In this document: positions 20,446 through 29,331 of the stretch, one piece after another
Layout: every line of letters starts with the position of its first letter
How positions within the stretch are numbered: the stretch's first letter is position 1
From: Candidatus Cloacimonadota bacterium
GTDB taxonomy: Bacteria > Cloacimonadota > Cloacimonadia > Cloacimonadales > TCS61
Assembly: GCA_018400535.1 (NCBI GenBank)
Contig: JAGYMQ010000145.1
Location: forward strand, 10,864 to 74,863
DNA length: 64,000 nucleotides
Direction of reading: 5' to 3'
Notes under the pieces: generated by a model
The model's database searches: none
Seen by the model: the letters and a program-made list of their open reading frames with translations, nothing else
Told to the model about the DNA's origin: nothing
Translations under genes and position numbers: made by a program

Positions 20446-21383
20446 AACTCCTTTGTAAAATTTTCTTTAGAAAGTTCAATGATCTTTTCGATCAAGTTTG
20501 CGAAATTTAAACCTCTTTTTTTTGCTGCCATCGGCGTCAGGCTCAAAGGCGTCATTCCAGGCAGCGTATTTACTTCCAAAAAATAAAAGTTTTCGCCATT
20601 AAAACGAAAATCTACTCTACCATAAATCGAACAGCCAAGTTCTTTGAAAATGAGCAATGCCTGAGTTTGAAGCTGTTCTGTTTGTCTGGAAGTTAATTTT
20701 GCTGGCACTTCATAGATCGTATTTCCCTTCGTATATTTATTTGAATAATCATACCAGCCGTTTTTTGGTTTGATCTCGACGACTGGTAGCGCTTCATTTC
20801 CCAGAATTGTGACGGTCAATTCTCTACCGGCGATGAATTCTTCGATGAGGATTTTTTTGTTCCATTTTGTGGCAGATTGGATAGATGAGTTCAATTCATC
20901 CATATTTTTGACGATTGAAATTCCAACAGATGAGCCAGAATCATTTGGTTTCACAACGAGAGGAAAATCAAATTGTTTTGGTAGCTTTTTGACATTATCA
21001 CTTTGTAAAAGAAGGTGTTTTGGCACGGATATGTGAAAATGCGAGGCAATGATACCAGAAAGATATTTGTCCATTGCGATCGCACTTGATCTGGAGTTTG
21101 AGCCCGTAAAAGGGACATGATGTAATTCCAAAAGCGCTTGCAATCTGCCGTCTTCGCCTTCTGCTCCGTGCAATCCGTTGATCACAATATAAGGATCAAA
21201 TTTCTGGATTTCTTTGATAAACTCTGAATAAGAAGCAAGTTCAGCCGGATCGACAATTTGCACATCAAATTTATACTTATCCAAAGCAATTGCGATCTCA
21301 GAAGCAGTGATTTTCGAAACTTCTGCTTCCTCAGAATGACCGCCAGATAAAACGATAATTTTTTTCTTTTTTTTCATAATCAT
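20442..21383 (-). CDS. ddl: D-alanine--D-alanine ligase
   Basis: IIVLSGGHSEEAEVS, LHGAEGEDGRLQALLELHHVPFTGS, and an ATP-grasp C-terminus GRVDFRF...YFLEVNTLPGMT. Confidence 0.92.
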   Translation of the reverse strand: MIMKKKKKIIVLSGGHSEEAEVSKITASEIAIALDKYKFDVQIVDPAELASYSEFIKEIQKFDPYIVINGLHGAEGEDGRLQALLELHHVPFTGSNSRSSAIAMDKYLSGIIASHFHISVPKHLLLQSDNVKKLPKQFDFPLVVKPNDSGSSVGISIVKNMDELNSSIQSATKWNKKILIEEFIAGRELTVTILGNEALPVVEIKPKNGWYDYSNKYTKGNTIYEVPAKLTSRQTEQLQTQALLIFKELGCSIYGRVDFRFNGENFYFLEVNTLPGMTPLSLTPMAAKKRGLNFANLIEKIIELSKENFTKEL

Positions 21384-21541
21384 TTTTTTTGCAGATATGC
21401 TTTATTGTGTCAAGAATTATCGTTTGCTGAAATAAACTTGCGAAATCAGAGATTTGTCATGAAGCCGTAAATCAACCTTACGAAGCCTTCTCACATTTTT
21501 TTTCTTGATCAGGATTTGTAAGGTTTGGACTTGAAGTAAAC

Positions 21542-21625
21542 TTTCCAAATCTGAATTGCAAGAAAAATTTTGGAGTTAGGTTTTAAAACAATTTTCCGAA
21601 TTTGAATTGCAAGAAAAGTTTTGAG
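21542..21625 (+). repeat. imperfect direct repeat (2 x ~33 bp) upstream of the first receiver/ATP-grasp gene
   Basis: tttccaaatctgaattgcaagaaaaattttgga (21542-21574) versus ttttccgaatttgaattgcaagaaaagttttgag (21592-21625). The identical core tgaattgcaagaaaa occurs at 21552-21566 and 21603-21617, a 51-bp offset. Confidence 0.7.
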
Positions 21626-21707
21626 GGAAGCTTCGGAAAGTGAGCTGGCATTTCTTGACAATAAAACCCACAAAAAAATTAGTCAATCAAGAAAAAAAAA
21701 GAAGAGG

Positions 21708-24677
21708 ATGACGATGGACGTTAGAGATCTGAATTATTATTATAAGAAATTTAAATTTGGAGAAGATAATTTCCACGAATTGATGAAGAAACGGGTTCGG
21801 GAAATTCTCTTGATCTCGACTTTTTATGATGCTTTCATATTTGAACAGGATGGCAGGCTTTCAGAGCAGATCTATGGAGAATATATGCAGCTGAATTTGA
21901 GCACAGCTCCGCGTATCACAAGCGTTCCCACAGGAATTCAAGCTTTGGAACTGCTGCGCAAGAAAAAATTTGATCTGGTGATAACAATGATGCGCATCGG
22001 CGAGATCAGTCCTTTCAAATTGAGCAAAGAAGTGAAAAAGATCAATCCTGAATTGCCAGTTCTATTATTATTGAATGTTTCAAATGATGTTGGTATGATC
22101 GATAAAGACAGCGAAGAAATGAAAGATATCGATAACGTTTTTTCCTGGAATGGTGACAGCAAGATTTTCCTATCAATGATAAAATACGTGGAAGATAAAT
22201 GGAACGTCGATAATGACACAAAAGTCGGTCTGGTACGCGTTGTTTTGTTAGTAGAAGATTCAATCCATTATTATTCGATGTTCCATCCACTATTATATTC
22301 AGAGATCTTGAAGCAGACGCAAGGATTGATCAGTCAAGAATTGAACGATATCAACAAGCGCCAGCGGATGCGGGGCAGACCAAAAGTTCTTCTATGTCAC
22401 ACGTTTGAAGAAGCGATCGAACTTTATGAAAAATATCAAGAATATGTCATCGGGATAATTTCTGATATTCGCTATAAATACCGTGGTAAAGTTCATCCCA
22501 AAGCAGGAATAAAGTTGATCAAGCATATGCAGATGCATTACGTTGATTGTCCGATTTTGTTGCAATCATCGGAATTGGAAAATGAAAAAGATGCAAAAGC
22601 TTTGGGTGTTTATTTCCTTCACAAAAATTCAAAAACTTTATTACATGACCTGCAGAAATTCGTTCTGGATAATCTGGGCTTTGGTGATTTTGTTTTTCGA
22701 AATGCTGAAGGAAGTGAAATCGCCCGGGCAACAAGCTTGAATGATTTTGAATCAAAACTGGAATCCATTTCCGATGAATCTTTGCTCTATCACAGTAAAA
22801 GAGATCATTTTTCTGCCTGGCTGACAGCCCGCAGTGAATTTCTTTATGCACGACAATTGAAGAAGATCAAAGCTGAAGATTTTGATAATATCGATGATCT
22901 TCGAACTACGTTAATCTCACTCTTCAAAAAAGTACGACACCTCAGAAATCGAGGAAAAATATTAAAATTTCATCCCAACGCTTTTAACGTGGAAGAAGGT
23001 ATTGTCCAGATCACAGAAGGTTCTTTGGGTGGGAAAGGACGTGGCATTGCCTTTTTAAATGCGTTGCTGGTTTCAATGGATTATGAAAAAAAATTCAAAA
23101 ACGTGAATATCAAAATCCCACAAACGATGATAATCGGTACCAGCGAATATGATTTTTTTTATCGGACAAACAATCTGGGAACCTGGCTTACTGGAAAAAC
23201 TGATAAAGAGATCAAAGAATATTTTATCAAAGGCAAGCTTTCTGATGAACTGATTTCCAAACTAAAAATTCTGATCAAAAAAATCGATTATCCTTTGGCA
23301 GTGCGTTCTTCTGGTTTGTTAGAGGATTCACAATCCCAACCTTTTGCAGGAATTTATGAAACAGTGATGCTACCGAATAATAATCCTGATGTTGAGATCA
23401 GGTTGCAACATCTGATCAATGCTATCAAATACGTTTTTTCCTCAGTTTTTATGATCGATGCCCGTAACTATATTGAAAGCATCAATTATAAATTGGAAGA
23501 AGAAAAAATGGCGGTCATCATTCAGGAATGCGTCGGCGATAATTATGATGACTATTTTTATCCTCATATTTCCGGCGTGGGACAATCCTACAATTTTTAT
23601 CCTACTTCCTATCTAAAAAATAGCGATGGCATTGTCACGCTGGCGGCTGGTCTGGGAAAATCTGTGGTGGAAGGAAATCGTGCTTATCGCTTTTCACCGA
23701 AATATCCAAAGATGGAATTGATTTCACAAGAAGAATTGATGGGTGATTCACAGAAAAAGTTTTATGCGATAAATCTAAAAAAACAAAATTTTGATCTATT
23801 GGAAAATGAAGATGATCACCTCACCAGATTACGCATCAAAATAATGGAGAAGCATGGAACTCTGCAAAATATCGCTTCTGTTTGGGATTTCGAAAATGAT
23901 CGGCTGGTCGATAGTCTGGAAGCAAAAGGACCACGCATCATTACATTTGCAGATATTATCAAACACGATTATTTCCCGCTGGCAAAGATCACAGAGGAGA
24001 TCTTAGAGATCGGCAGCAAAGCGATGGGCGTTCCCGTTGAAGTCGAATTCGCTGTTAACCTCACGAAAGATGAAAGTAAAAATATCTTTCCCACTTTTTA
24101 CGTTCTCCAGATACGACCCTTGACCATCAATACAGAAGAGATTTACATCGACAGTGAAAACCTTGATAAGGAAGAACTTTTTCTTTATACAGAGAAAGGA
24201 ATGGGAAATGGAGTGATCAGCGATATCAACGATGTGATCTTTATTGATCCAGATACATTTGATTCCACTAAAACGAGAAAAATGCGCCAAGAAATCGCTC
24301 AGTTAAATAAAAAAATGCGGGAATTGAATCGGAAATATATTTTGATCGGACCAGGAAGATGGGGCTCTCGCGATCGATTTTTGGGAATTCCAGTGCAATG
24401 GAACGAGATCAATAAGGCGAAGATAATCGTGGAAACCAGTTTGAAAGATTTTGTGGTGGAATCTTCGCAGGGCACTCACTTCTTCCATAATTTGGTCTCG
24501 ATGAATACAGGATATTTCACGGTCAATCACACAGAATCGACTGATTTTATCGATTGGAGCTGGCTGAAAAAACAACCAATTGAAGAAAAGACAGATCATT
24601 TCATTCACATCCAGACTGATAAGCCAACCGTCGTGAAAATGGATGGTAGAAAAGGAATTTCATTCATTTATAAATAA
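21708..24677 (+). CDS. receiver-like domains + PPDK/PEP-synthase-type ATP-grasp (PEP/pyruvate-binding) protein, paralog 1
   Basis: ATP-grasp motifs GSLGGKGRGIAFLN, LAVRSSGLLEDSQSQPFAGIYET and VEVEFAV...FYVLQIRPLT. Two N-terminal CheY-like folds. The start was moved from TTG 21621 to ATG 21708 (MTMDVRDLNYYYKKF...), which aligns with the paralog start MTMRLEELNKYYDNF and has GAGG just upstream. Confidence 0.8.
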   Translation: MTMDVRDLNYYYKKFKFGEDNFHELMKKRVREILLISTFYDAFIFEQDGRLSEQIYGEYMQLNLSTAPRITSVPTGIQALELLRKKKFDLVITMMRIGEISPFKLSKEVKKINPELPVLLLLNVSNDVGMIDKDSEEMKDIDNVFSWNGDSKIFLSMIKYVEDKWNVDNDTKVGLVRVVLLVEDSIHYYSMFHPLLYSEILKQTQGLISQELNDINKRQRMRGRPKVLLCHTFEEAIELYEKYQEYVIGIISDIRYKYRGKVHPKAGIKLIKHMQMHYVDCPILLQSSELENEKDAKALGVYFLHKNSKTLLHDLQKFVLDNLGFGDFVFRNAEGSEIARATSLNDFESKLESISDESLLYHSKRDHFSAWLTARSEFLYARQLKKIKAEDFDNIDDLRTTLISLFKKVRHLRNRGKILKFHPNAFNVEEGIVQITEGSLGGKGRGIAFLNALLVSMDYEKKFKNVNIKIPQTMIIGTSEYDFFYRTNNLGTWLTGKTDKEIKEYFIKGKLSDELISKLKILIKKIDYPLAVRSSGLLEDSQSQPFAGIYETVMLPNNNPDVEIRLQHLINAIKYVFSSVFMIDARNYIESINYKLEEEKMAVIIQECVGDNYDDYFYPHISGVGQSYNFYPTSYLKNSDGIVTLAAGLGKSVVEGNRAYRFSPKYPKMELISQEELMGDSQKKFYAINLKKQNFDLLENEDDHLTRLRIKIMEKHGTLQNIASVWDFENDRLVDSLEAKGPRIITFADIIKHDYFPLAKITEEILEIGSKAMGVPVEVEFAVNLTKDESKNIFPTFYVLQIRPLTINTEEIYIDSENLDKEELFLYTEKGMGNGVISDINDVIFIDPDTFDSTKTRKMRQEIAQLNKKMRELNRKYILIGPGRWGSRDRFLGIPVQWNEINKAKIIVETSLKDFVVESSQGTHFFHNLVSMNTGYFTVNHTESTDFIDWSWLKKQPIEEKTDHFIHIQTDKPTVVKMDGRKGISFIYK

Positions 24678-24679
24678 AG

Positions 24680-27655
24680 GTGACTATGAGATTAGAAGAA
24701 TTAAATAAATATTATGATAATTTCAAATACGGCGAAGATATTTTCCATAATTTGATGCGACATAAGATTCGCAACGTATTGCTTATTTCCAGCATTTTTG
24801 ATGCCTATATTCTGGAACAGGACGGCATTCTTTCGGAGCAGCTTTATGGCGAATATAAGCAGATGAATATTCTGGATATACCGCAGATTACCACAGTTTC
24901 TTTCACAGATGATATCAAAAAGACCATTCGCGAAAAAGATTTCGATGCAGTCATCATTATGATGAGAGTGGGTTCTTCCTCACCGCATTATTTATGTAGA
25001 GAGATCAAAGAAATTTATCCAGAATTACCCGTGTTATTGCTTTTAAACAAGCAATCTTACGTGGAGATATTGAGCCAATATCCCGAAAAAATGTCATACT
25101 TTGACGAAGTCTTCTTGTGGCATGGGGATACAAAATTATATTTCGCAATGATCAAATCGGAAGAAGATAAAATGAACGTCGAAGCAGATACAGAAATTGG
25201 AGATATTCGCATCGTGCTCTTTATTGAAAGTGCGATCGATTACTATTCTTCCATTTTGCCTTTGATCTATTCTGCTGGATTGAATCTGACACAAGAGCTT
25301 ATCCAATCCGAAAAATATACGGTCAATAAAAGATTAAGAATGCGCGCTCGCCCAAAAGTTTTGATGGCACACGATTTTGAAAATGCTGTCGAAATTTTCC
25401 AGAAATATAAAGATAATATTCTCTGCGTGATCTCCAATGCAAATCTGAAGATCAAAGGAAATTACGATCCGAAAGGTGGTATCAAACTCTTGCATAAATT
25501 CCGTGATAGCCAATCAGAACTTCCTTTGCTCATTCAATCTGCCGATGAAAATATGAAAAAATTTGCACGTGAACTGGATGCAAAATTCCTTTATAAATAT
25601 TCTCCCACCTTGATGCACGAATTGCGAGATTTCATCACGAATAATCTGGGTTTTGGTGATTTTGTGTTTCGAGATGATAAGCAGAATGAGATAGCCAGAG
25701 CGCGTTCTATTTTTGAGTTTGAAAAGGAATTGGAAAAAATTGCGATCGATTCGATCCTCTATCACGCTCGTAAAAACCATTTCTCGGCTTGGCTCCTGGC
25801 ACACAGTGAAGTGCAAATGGCAAAAGAAATGCGAAAATTGTCTATCGAAGATTTTCATTCTACAGAAGAGATCCGTGATTTCGTTTTGAAAACAATTCAT
25901 GAAGTTCGCAAAAAGCAAAATAGAGGACGAGTGATCCAATTTGACGAAGCGATTTTTACTGAAGATGACAAAATCGTGCAATTGGCAGAAGGTTCAATGG
26001 GCGGAAAAGGAAGAGGTTTGGCTTTTTTGAATGCTTTGTTGGTATCACTCGAATTGGAAAATAAATTTGGTGAAGTAAAAATTAGAATTCCCAAAACAGC
26101 TATCATCGGCACAAATGAGTTTGATGATTTTCTGGAAAATAATCATTTGGATATCGATGAGCTGGTGAAAAAAAATGATGATGAGATCAATGATATTTTT
26201 CTGCAAGGAAGATTGACTGCGCAATTGCGACAGCGCTTGAAAATTCTTTTGCAAAATTTTGATCAACCTCTCGCTGTTCGTTCTTCTGGTCTCCTGGAAG
26301 ATTCTCAATCTCAACCTTTTGCAGGAATATATGACACGCTGATGTTGCCAAATAATCATCCCGAACCAGAAACACGATTGCACAGATTGTGCGAGGCGAT
26401 AAAAGTGGTTTTGTCTTCTCCTTTTCGAACTCAAGCGCGCAGATATATCGAAAGCATAAATTTCAAGATCAATGAAGAAAAAATGGCGGTCATCATCCAA
26501 GAAGTGGCGGGTTCTGAACATAAAGAAAAATTTTTCTATCCCAATTTTTCCGGTGCTGCTCAATCCTACAATTTTTATCCGATCAGTCATATGAAACACA
26601 ATGAGGGAATCGTTTCTCTGGCTGCAGGTCTGGGAAAATCTGTCGTTGATGGCGAAAGAGCATTTCGTTTTTGTCCAAAACATCCACGCATCGATCTGAT
26701 GGAACCGACAAAGATCGTGGAAAATAATCAAGAATTTTTTTATGGTATTGATAAATCTATTGAGACCTCACCACGCATCACAGCAGATGATGTTTTTGTG
26801 AAACGCATCAAAGTGCGGAGCTCCCACAAAGAAGATGTTTTCAAAGCGATCACTTCTGTTTGGGATTATAAAAATCTGGAATTTCTTGATGGGAAATTTA
26901 TTCGTGGTCCTCGCGTTTTCACCTTCCGTAATGTCATTCACTACAATCATTTTCCTTTACCTGAAATTCTGAATTTGATCTTGGAAATGGGGCAGATCGC
27001 CCTGGGAATTCCAGTTGAAATTGAATTTGCTGTTGATCTGAAAAATCAAGATTCAAAAGCGATTTTCTATTTGTTACAAATTCGACCTTTATCTTTGAAC
27101 AAGGAAAGGATCGAGATTGATCAAACGAAGATCAAGCGGGAAGAGATGATGTTGATCACTAACAAAGGAATGGGAAATGGAATTTATCAGGATATTAAAG
27201 ATGTCATCTATATTGATCCTGAAAAATTTGATAATACGCAGACATTACAAATGGTCTCAGAATTGGAAGAACTAAATCGAAAGCTGGAAAAAAATGATCG
27301 TAATTATATTTTGATCGGTCCAGGCAGATGGGGATCAAGCGATAGATTTTTGGGAATTCCCGTCAAATGGTCGCAGATAAATCGAGCAAAAGTTATCGTC
27401 GAAGCCAGTTTAGAAGATTTTGTCGTAGATGCTTCACAGGGAAGTCATTTCTTTCATAATTTGGTAGCAATGGATGTGGGCTATTTCACTGTTGCTCACA
27501 ATTCCGAACAAAGTTATATTGATTGGAAATGGCTGTCAGCACAACCGATCAAAGAGAAAAAGAAATATTTTGTTCATACCGAATTAACTGATCCAGTCGA
27601 AGTAAAGATCGATGGACACGAAGGATTTGCGATCATTGACAAAAAACAAAGATAA
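24680..27655 (+). CDS. receiver-like domains + PPDK/PEP-synthase-type ATP-grasp protein, paralog 2
   Basis: Same architecture and colinear similarity to paralog 1 (GSMGGKGRGLAFLN, LAVRSSGLLEDSQSQPFAGIYDT, VEIEFAV...FYLLQIRPLS). It starts 2 nt after the paralog 1 stop, at GTG 24680 or ATG 24686. Confidence 0.8.
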   Translation: MTMRLEELNKYYDNFKYGEDIFHNLMRHKIRNVLLISSIFDAYILEQDGILSEQLYGEYKQMNILDIPQITTVSFTDDIKKTIREKDFDAVIIMMRVGSSSPHYLCREIKEIYPELPVLLLLNKQSYVEILSQYPEKMSYFDEVFLWHGDTKLYFAMIKSEEDKMNVEADTEIGDIRIVLFIESAIDYYSSILPLIYSAGLNLTQELIQSEKYTVNKRLRMRARPKVLMAHDFENAVEIFQKYKDNILCVISNANLKIKGNYDPKGGIKLLHKFRDSQSELPLLIQSADENMKKFARELDAKFLYKYSPTLMHELRDFITNNLGFGDFVFRDDKQNEIARARSIFEFEKELEKIAIDSILYHARKNHFSAWLLAHSEVQMAKEMRKLSIEDFHSTEEIRDFVLKTIHEVRKKQNRGRVIQFDEAIFTEDDKIVQLAEGSMGGKGRGLAFLNALLVSLELENKFGEVKIRIPKTAIIGTNEFDDFLENNHLDIDELVKKNDDEINDIFLQGRLTAQLRQRLKILLQNFDQPLAVRSSGLLEDSQSQPFAGIYDTLMLPNNHPEPETRLHRLCEAIKVVLSSPFRTQARRYIESINFKINEEKMAVIIQEVAGSEHKEKFFYPNFSGAAQSYNFYPISHMKHNEGIVSLAAGLGKSVVDGERAFRFCPKHPRIDLMEPTKIVENNQEFFYGIDKSIETSPRITADDVFVKRIKVRSSHKEDVFKAITSVWDYKNLEFLDGKFIRGPRVFTFRNVIHYNHFPLPEILNLILEMGQIALGIPVEIEFAVDLKNQDSKAIFYLLQIRPLSLNKERIEIDQTKIKREEMMLITNKGMGNGIYQDIKDVIYIDPEKFDNTQTLQMVSELEELNRKLEKNDRNYILIGPGRWGSSDRFLGIPVKWSQINRAKVIVEASLEDFVVDASQGSHFFHNLVAMDVGYFTVAHNSEQSYIDWKWLSAQPIKEKKKYFVHTELTDPVEVKIDGHEGFAIIDKKQR

Positions 27656-27710
27656 ACAGCAAAGGCAAAATTTCTGATACAAAAGTGGAGATTTTCTTTC
27701 AAGACAATTT

Positions 27711-28505
27711 TTATTCCACTTTCAATAATTCGATATCAAAAGTCAATTCAGCTTTGGGCGGAATCGTGCCGGGAAATCCTTTTTCGCCATAAGCAAGATC
27801 ATAGGGTATGATCAATCTGGCTTTATCACCTTCTTTCATCATTGCCACGCCTTCGTCCCAGCCTTTGATCACTTTGCCCATTCCCAGAATAAACGAAAAA
27901 GGTTGATCTCTCTTTAGCGATGAATCAAAGATCGAACCATCTTTCAAATATCCAGTATAATCAACTGTGACTGTGTTTCCAGCCGCTGGCTTTTTCCCCG
28001 ATCCTTCTTTGACCAGAATAAATTTCAGACCGGAATCGGTTTCAATCTCTGTTTTTCCGCTAATATCAAATTCTTCGATCTTGATCTCGGGTAAAATAGC
28101 GATCAATTCCAGATCAAATATCAGAGTAGAATTAGCTGGAATGCTTCCGATCTTCCTGCTTCCATAACCCAATTCTGGTGGGATGATCAGGGTCGCTTTA
28201 TCTCCGACGTGTAATAAGGCAATTCCCTCATCCCAGCCTTTGATCACACGACCTTCTCCCAAAGGAAATGTCAATGGTTCATTACGATCGTAGGAGCTAT
28301 CAAATTTTGTGCCATCTTCCAATTTTCCTGTATAGTGAACTTGCACTCTTTGTCCCACTTTGGCTTGTTCACCATCGCCTTTTTCGGTAATCTTATATTT
28401 CAAACCAGAATCAGTCGTAATATAATCGCTATAACCTTTTCCTTTACTGATCAGGAAGGTAAACAAGATAACATAAATTGCACTAATCATAATTGTTCGC
28501 TTCAT
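27711..28505 (-). CDS. FKBP-type peptidyl-prolyl cis-trans isomerase with two tandem FKBP domains
   Basis: Signal/anchor peptide, then two copies of GLKYKI..G.G..A..G..V.VHYTG.L.DG..FDSS..R..P..F.LG.G.VIKGWDEG...M..G.KA.LIIP..L.YG. Confidence 0.9.
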   Translation of the reverse strand: MKRTIMISAIYVILFTFLISKGKGYSDYITTDSGLKYKITEKGDGEQAKVGQRVQVHYTGKLEDGTKFDSSYDRNEPLTFPLGEGRVIKGWDEGIALLHVGDKATLIIPPELGYGSRKIGSIPANSTLIFDLELIAILPEIKIEEFDISGKTEIETDSGLKFILVKEGSGKKPAAGNTVTVDYTGYLKDGSIFDSSLKRDQPFSFILGMGKVIKGWDEGVAMMKEGDKARLIIPYDLAYGEKGFPGTIPPKAELTFDIELLKVE

Positions 28506-28897
28506 TATTTCTCCTTTTTTTGGATTTTTGTTTGGATATGAAATTCACCATTTTCAAAAATAACATCTTCAATTTCGACCATTTGTAAATTATCGGAAAC
28601 GAAATTTTGCAGGAAAAATGTCAGTTTGGGATAATCGAGATCAATATATTTATTGGAAATAAAAGAAAGCATTTTAAAAAAATTATCAATAAACCAACCT
28701 GATCTTAATTGAAAAATTAGATTACCCTGTTCATAGGCGATGAATTCCAAAGTAGTTTTCAGTTTAATTTTTTTGTGAAAAGAAAATTTTATAATATTTT
28801 TATCAATTTGGATAATGGATATTTTCGAGGGTAATTTTTCCAAAGATTCCAAAAAATCAAAAAGCTCTGCTAAGGAAAATTTTATCTGCGCCATCAA
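28505..28897 (-). CDS. hypothetical protein
   Basis: 130-aa ORF, translationally coupled at both ends (overlaps with the GNAT stop and the FKBP start). No recognisable motifs. Confidence 0.5.
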   Translation of the reverse strand: MMAQIKFSLAELFDFLESLEKLPSKISIIQIDKNIIKFSFHKKIKLKTTLEFIAYEQGNLIFQLRSGWFIDNFFKMLSFISNKYIDLDYPKLTFFLQNFVSDNLQMVEIEDVIFENGEFHIQTKIQKKEK

Positions 28898-29331
28898 ATT
28901 TTGTCACTTTTTCTTTTTGTGAAATAAATAATATCTTTGTGTTGAAAATAATTCATTTTTTTAAATAGTTGCATCGAGGCTTTGTTCCAATCTTCGATAA
29001 GTGCTGCGACGATCTCGATACCAGCTTCGTGCAATAAATTCTCTGCTGCCTGGATCATTTTTTTGGCAATATTTTTTCCGCGGTATTCGGGATGCACAGC
29101 CAGACGATTTATCCAACCTTTTCTTTGATTGTGGGTTACAAAAATGCTTGCTATCAGTTCTCCCTTTTTTTTCATCACAAGATAGAAATTTTGTTGAGAA
29201 GTGATCTGCTTTTTCATATTCTGATAGGAATCTCTGCCCTGTGGCTTATGTGGTAAATTTGCCTTTTCCCAGAGCGAGATCAATTTTTTGTGATCATTAA
29301 TATCAAATTTTTCGATTTTCATAATTATCAA
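28894..29331 (-). CDS. GNAT family N-acetyltransferase
   Basis: 145 aa with a GNAT motif A-like segment, LAVHPEYRGKNIAKKMIQAAENLLHEAG. Its start overlaps the ftsZ stop by 4 nt. Confidence 0.75.
   Translation of the reverse strand: MIIMKIEKFDINDHKKLISLWEKANLPHKPQGRDSYQNMKKQITSQQNFYLVMKKKGELIASIFVTHNQRKGWINRLAVHPEYRGKNIAKKMIQAAENLLHEAGIEIVAALIEDWNKASMQLFKKMNYFQHKDIIYFTKRKSDKI

Noticed and set aside
21621-21707. TTG-initiated 29-codon N-terminal extension of the first receiver/ATP-grasp ORF (MREASESELAFLDNK...)
   Set aside because: The paralog alignment starts at MTMDVRDLNYYY versus MTMRLEELNKYY, and ATG 21708 has a GAGG just upstream. The extension would also run through the upstream direct repeat, and it is Lys-rich, low-complexity sequence.
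26045-26731. Long antisense ORFs inside well-supported genes. Examples: 26045-26731 (228 aa), 25514-25981, 51858-52394, 47472-47984, 60884-61393, 58319-58825, 8309-8764 and 31793-32173.
   Set aside because: Each lies entirely within, and opposite to, a gene with unmistakable family motifs. Their translations are low-complexity with no motifs. These are shadow ORFs typical of AT-rich genomes with few antisense stop codons.
27656-27710. Terminator between the convergent paralog-2 and FKBP genes
   Set aside because: I could not find a convincing GC-containing inverted repeat followed by a T-run in this 55-nt spacer by eye. An RNA-folding program should be used before calling one.
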